The translations under genes and the position numbers were made by a program. The notes beneath the pieces are model-generated. The model did not search any database and was not told the origin of the DNA. It was given only the letters and a program-made list of their open reading frames with translations. Shown here piece by piece: positions 36,591 to 37,901 of a stretch of 37,901 bases of DNA; the stretch's first letter is position 1, and every line of letters starts with the position of its first letter. Origin of the DNA: a virus (taxonomy: Duplodnaviria; Caudoviricetes); the IMG/VR virus record IMGVR_UViG_3300038425_000145, positions 1-37,901 of that record; one strand, 5' to 3'.

Positions 36591-37106
36591 TTAAAATGTG
36601 AATCTCAAAAATAATCCCGCGTTGACCTGATTCCAATTTTGCGAGCCGTTGACAACGTGTTCGTAGTCCCCAATCAAACCAAGATTCAGCGCGTTGCCGT
36701 TGCTGAATTTCCAAGTGTGCAGGCTCACAAGCGCGCCCGGCCCGGCGCTTGCATAGAGCGTGCTCTTGCCCATGCCGGTTGACGCCTCCACAAACGGCGT
36801 GATGCTCACGCTGTTCCAGTGGATTGTAGTTTGCAACTGCGCCTGCACGCCCGCCTCGGAAAACGCGCCGCCAAATGTTTCCGCCCGCAACCCCGCCCAA
36901 ACGTAAGGCGTCACCCCGTAAAGAATCGCGGCCCCGCCTCCAAACTGCTTGGTATCCGTCCGATATGAGCCATACGGGATTGCAGCCCAGTTCGTGTTAA
37001 GGGTCAGGCTGGTTACGTTTGTGATGGTGATGTCGGCCTTCACCGACGTTACCCCGCACATCGCCAGGGCGAGTGCGGCCAATACCGCGATTGTGATTTT
37101 CTGCAT
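36591..37106 (-). CDS. Outer-membrane beta-barrel protein with signal peptide
   Basis: Signal peptide MQKITIAVLAALALAMCGVTSVKA; alternating amphipathic strands; C-terminal LFLRFTF beta-signal. Confidence 0.75.
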   Translation of the reverse strand: MQKITIAVLAALALAMCGVTSVKADITITNVTSLTLNTNWAAIPYGSYRTDTKQFGGGAAILYGVTPYVWAGLRAETFGGAFSEAGVQAQLQTTIHWNSVSITPFVEASTGMGKSTLYASAGPGALVSLHTWKFSNGNALNLGLIGDYEHVVNGSQNWNQVNAGLFLRFTF

Positions 37107-37132
37107 AGTTTTAGTTTTTGATTGTTTCGTTT

Positions 37133-37273
37133 TCAAATCATCGCCGCCCAAATAAGCAGCGTTCCAAAGACAACAAAAGCCGCGATAACCGCCGCGTCCA
37201 TCAATAACTCCAGCCAGTTCCGCACAATCCATTCAAGAATTGCGTCTGTTCGCGTGTCGCGTTGCCGTGTCAT
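37133..37273 (-). CDS. Small single-TM peptide
   Basis: MTRQRD...AAVIAAFVVFGTLLIWAAMI; ATGA-coupled. Confidence 0.5.
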   Translation of the reverse strand: MTRQRDTRTDAILEWIVRNWLELLMDAAVIAAFVVFGTLLIWAAMI

Positions 37274-37353
37274 ACTTCAAAAGTGAATGTTACTTGGTGA
37301 GTGTTTCCATTCTCATCAGTCCAGGTTTTGGTTTGAATGACTATAAATTTCAT
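37270..37353 (-). CDS. 27-aa peptide
   Basis: MKFIVIQTKTWTDENGNTHQVTFTFEV; ATGA overlaps at both ends. Confidence 0.45.
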   Translation of the reverse strand: MKFIVIQTKTWTDENGNTHQVTFTFEV

Positions 37354-37628
37354 GGCTCGACTGCCGGGGTTTCCGGCGTTATGGGTTTTGATTTAGGACT
37401 TGCGTTTATTACAATCCCTTCCGCCGAGTCAGTTTGCGACTTCGCATACGTCGTCGAGCGATACATCTTGATTGCCAATGCACCCGCACTGATTGCTCCC
37501 ATGATGGACTTCGACCAGAAAAGGGTTTGCGGTGCAAAGAGATTGTAAGCCTCATCTGTTCCCAATGAGACTGTAATCGAACCCGCGACGGCGATTGTCG
37601 CGTAAAGATATGCGTCAAAGTGTTTCAT
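37350..37628 (-). CDS. Holin-like membrane protein
   Basis: Two hydrophobic segments and a polar tail. Confidence 0.5.
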   Translation of the reverse strand: MKHFDAYLYATIAVAGSITVSLGTDEAYNLFAPQTLFWSKSIMGAISAGALAIKMYRSTTYAKSQTDSAEGIVINASPKSKPITPETPAVEP

Positions 37629-37630
37629 AT

Positions 37631-37888
37631 TTAACCTCCGTTATTCCGTATGATTGAATTTGGAATTGGCTTGCCTGTTCGTTCCGCAACGATTTCAGTC
37701 AACAGTTGGATTGATGTGTCTAGTTTGTTCAAGTGGTCATCCTGAACATTCTGATGCGCGGACACAAGTTGTGCAGCGTTAAAGGACGCATCTGCCTTGT
37801 CTTGTAATTTAACGATGAAAATCAAGCCCGTAGCAAGTGCAAGAATTATTGTTATCCCATCCCAAGTAATTTCGTGTTTGAATATCAT
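37631..37888 (-). CDS. Single-TM coiled-coil membrane protein (lysis-cassette-like)
   Basis: ITIILALATGLIFIV followed by a coiled coil. Confidence 0.55.
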   Translation of the reverse strand: MIFKHEITWDGITIILALATGLIFIVKLQDKADASFNAAQLVSAHQNVQDDHLNKLDTSIQLLTEIVAERTGKPIPNSIIRNNGG

Positions 37889-37901
37889 ATTTTGTTCATC
37901 G

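Overview
This window is most of a tailed dsDNA phage genome with podovirus-like organisation, and it looks circularly permuted. On the minus strand at the left edge are a truncated terminase large subunit (translated by hand; absent from the ORF track) and a probable small subunit. The plus strand from about 2.3 to 24.2 kb holds many small early genes, an SQV-repeat (DUF6745-like) gene pair and a 238-nt tRNA-like RNA. It then carries a replication/recombination module: PD-(D/E)XK exonuclease, Sak4/AAA_24 ATPase, DUF669-like SSB, RecD/Dda helicase, ParB-HTH-methyltransferase fusion, UDG-PolA fusion, ATP-dependent ligase and DUF3987-like ATPase. The minus strand from 24.2 to 37.9 kb holds late genes: membrane/lysis-like proteins, an outer-membrane beta-barrel, a split tail nozzle gene, a GNAT-like protein, Gln-rich ejection proteins and a 1392-aa internal virion protein with a J-domain-like segment. 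This operon ends in an amidinotransferase/arginine-dihydrolase-family gene and a phosphatidylserine-decarboxylase-family gene. Portal and capsid genes are not in the window. The most notable observations are the guanidino-enzyme plus pyruvoyl-decarboxylase cassette, the tRNA shell with a ~160-nt structured insert, a C-terminal (VDIx)EFV tail shared by unrelated early proteins, seven dispersed GTCCA-N5-(T/C)GGAC palindromes that may be ParB operators, and sigma54-like promoters next to a nested inverted-repeat/poly-A locus. All family assignments come from motif recognition by eye; no database search was run.
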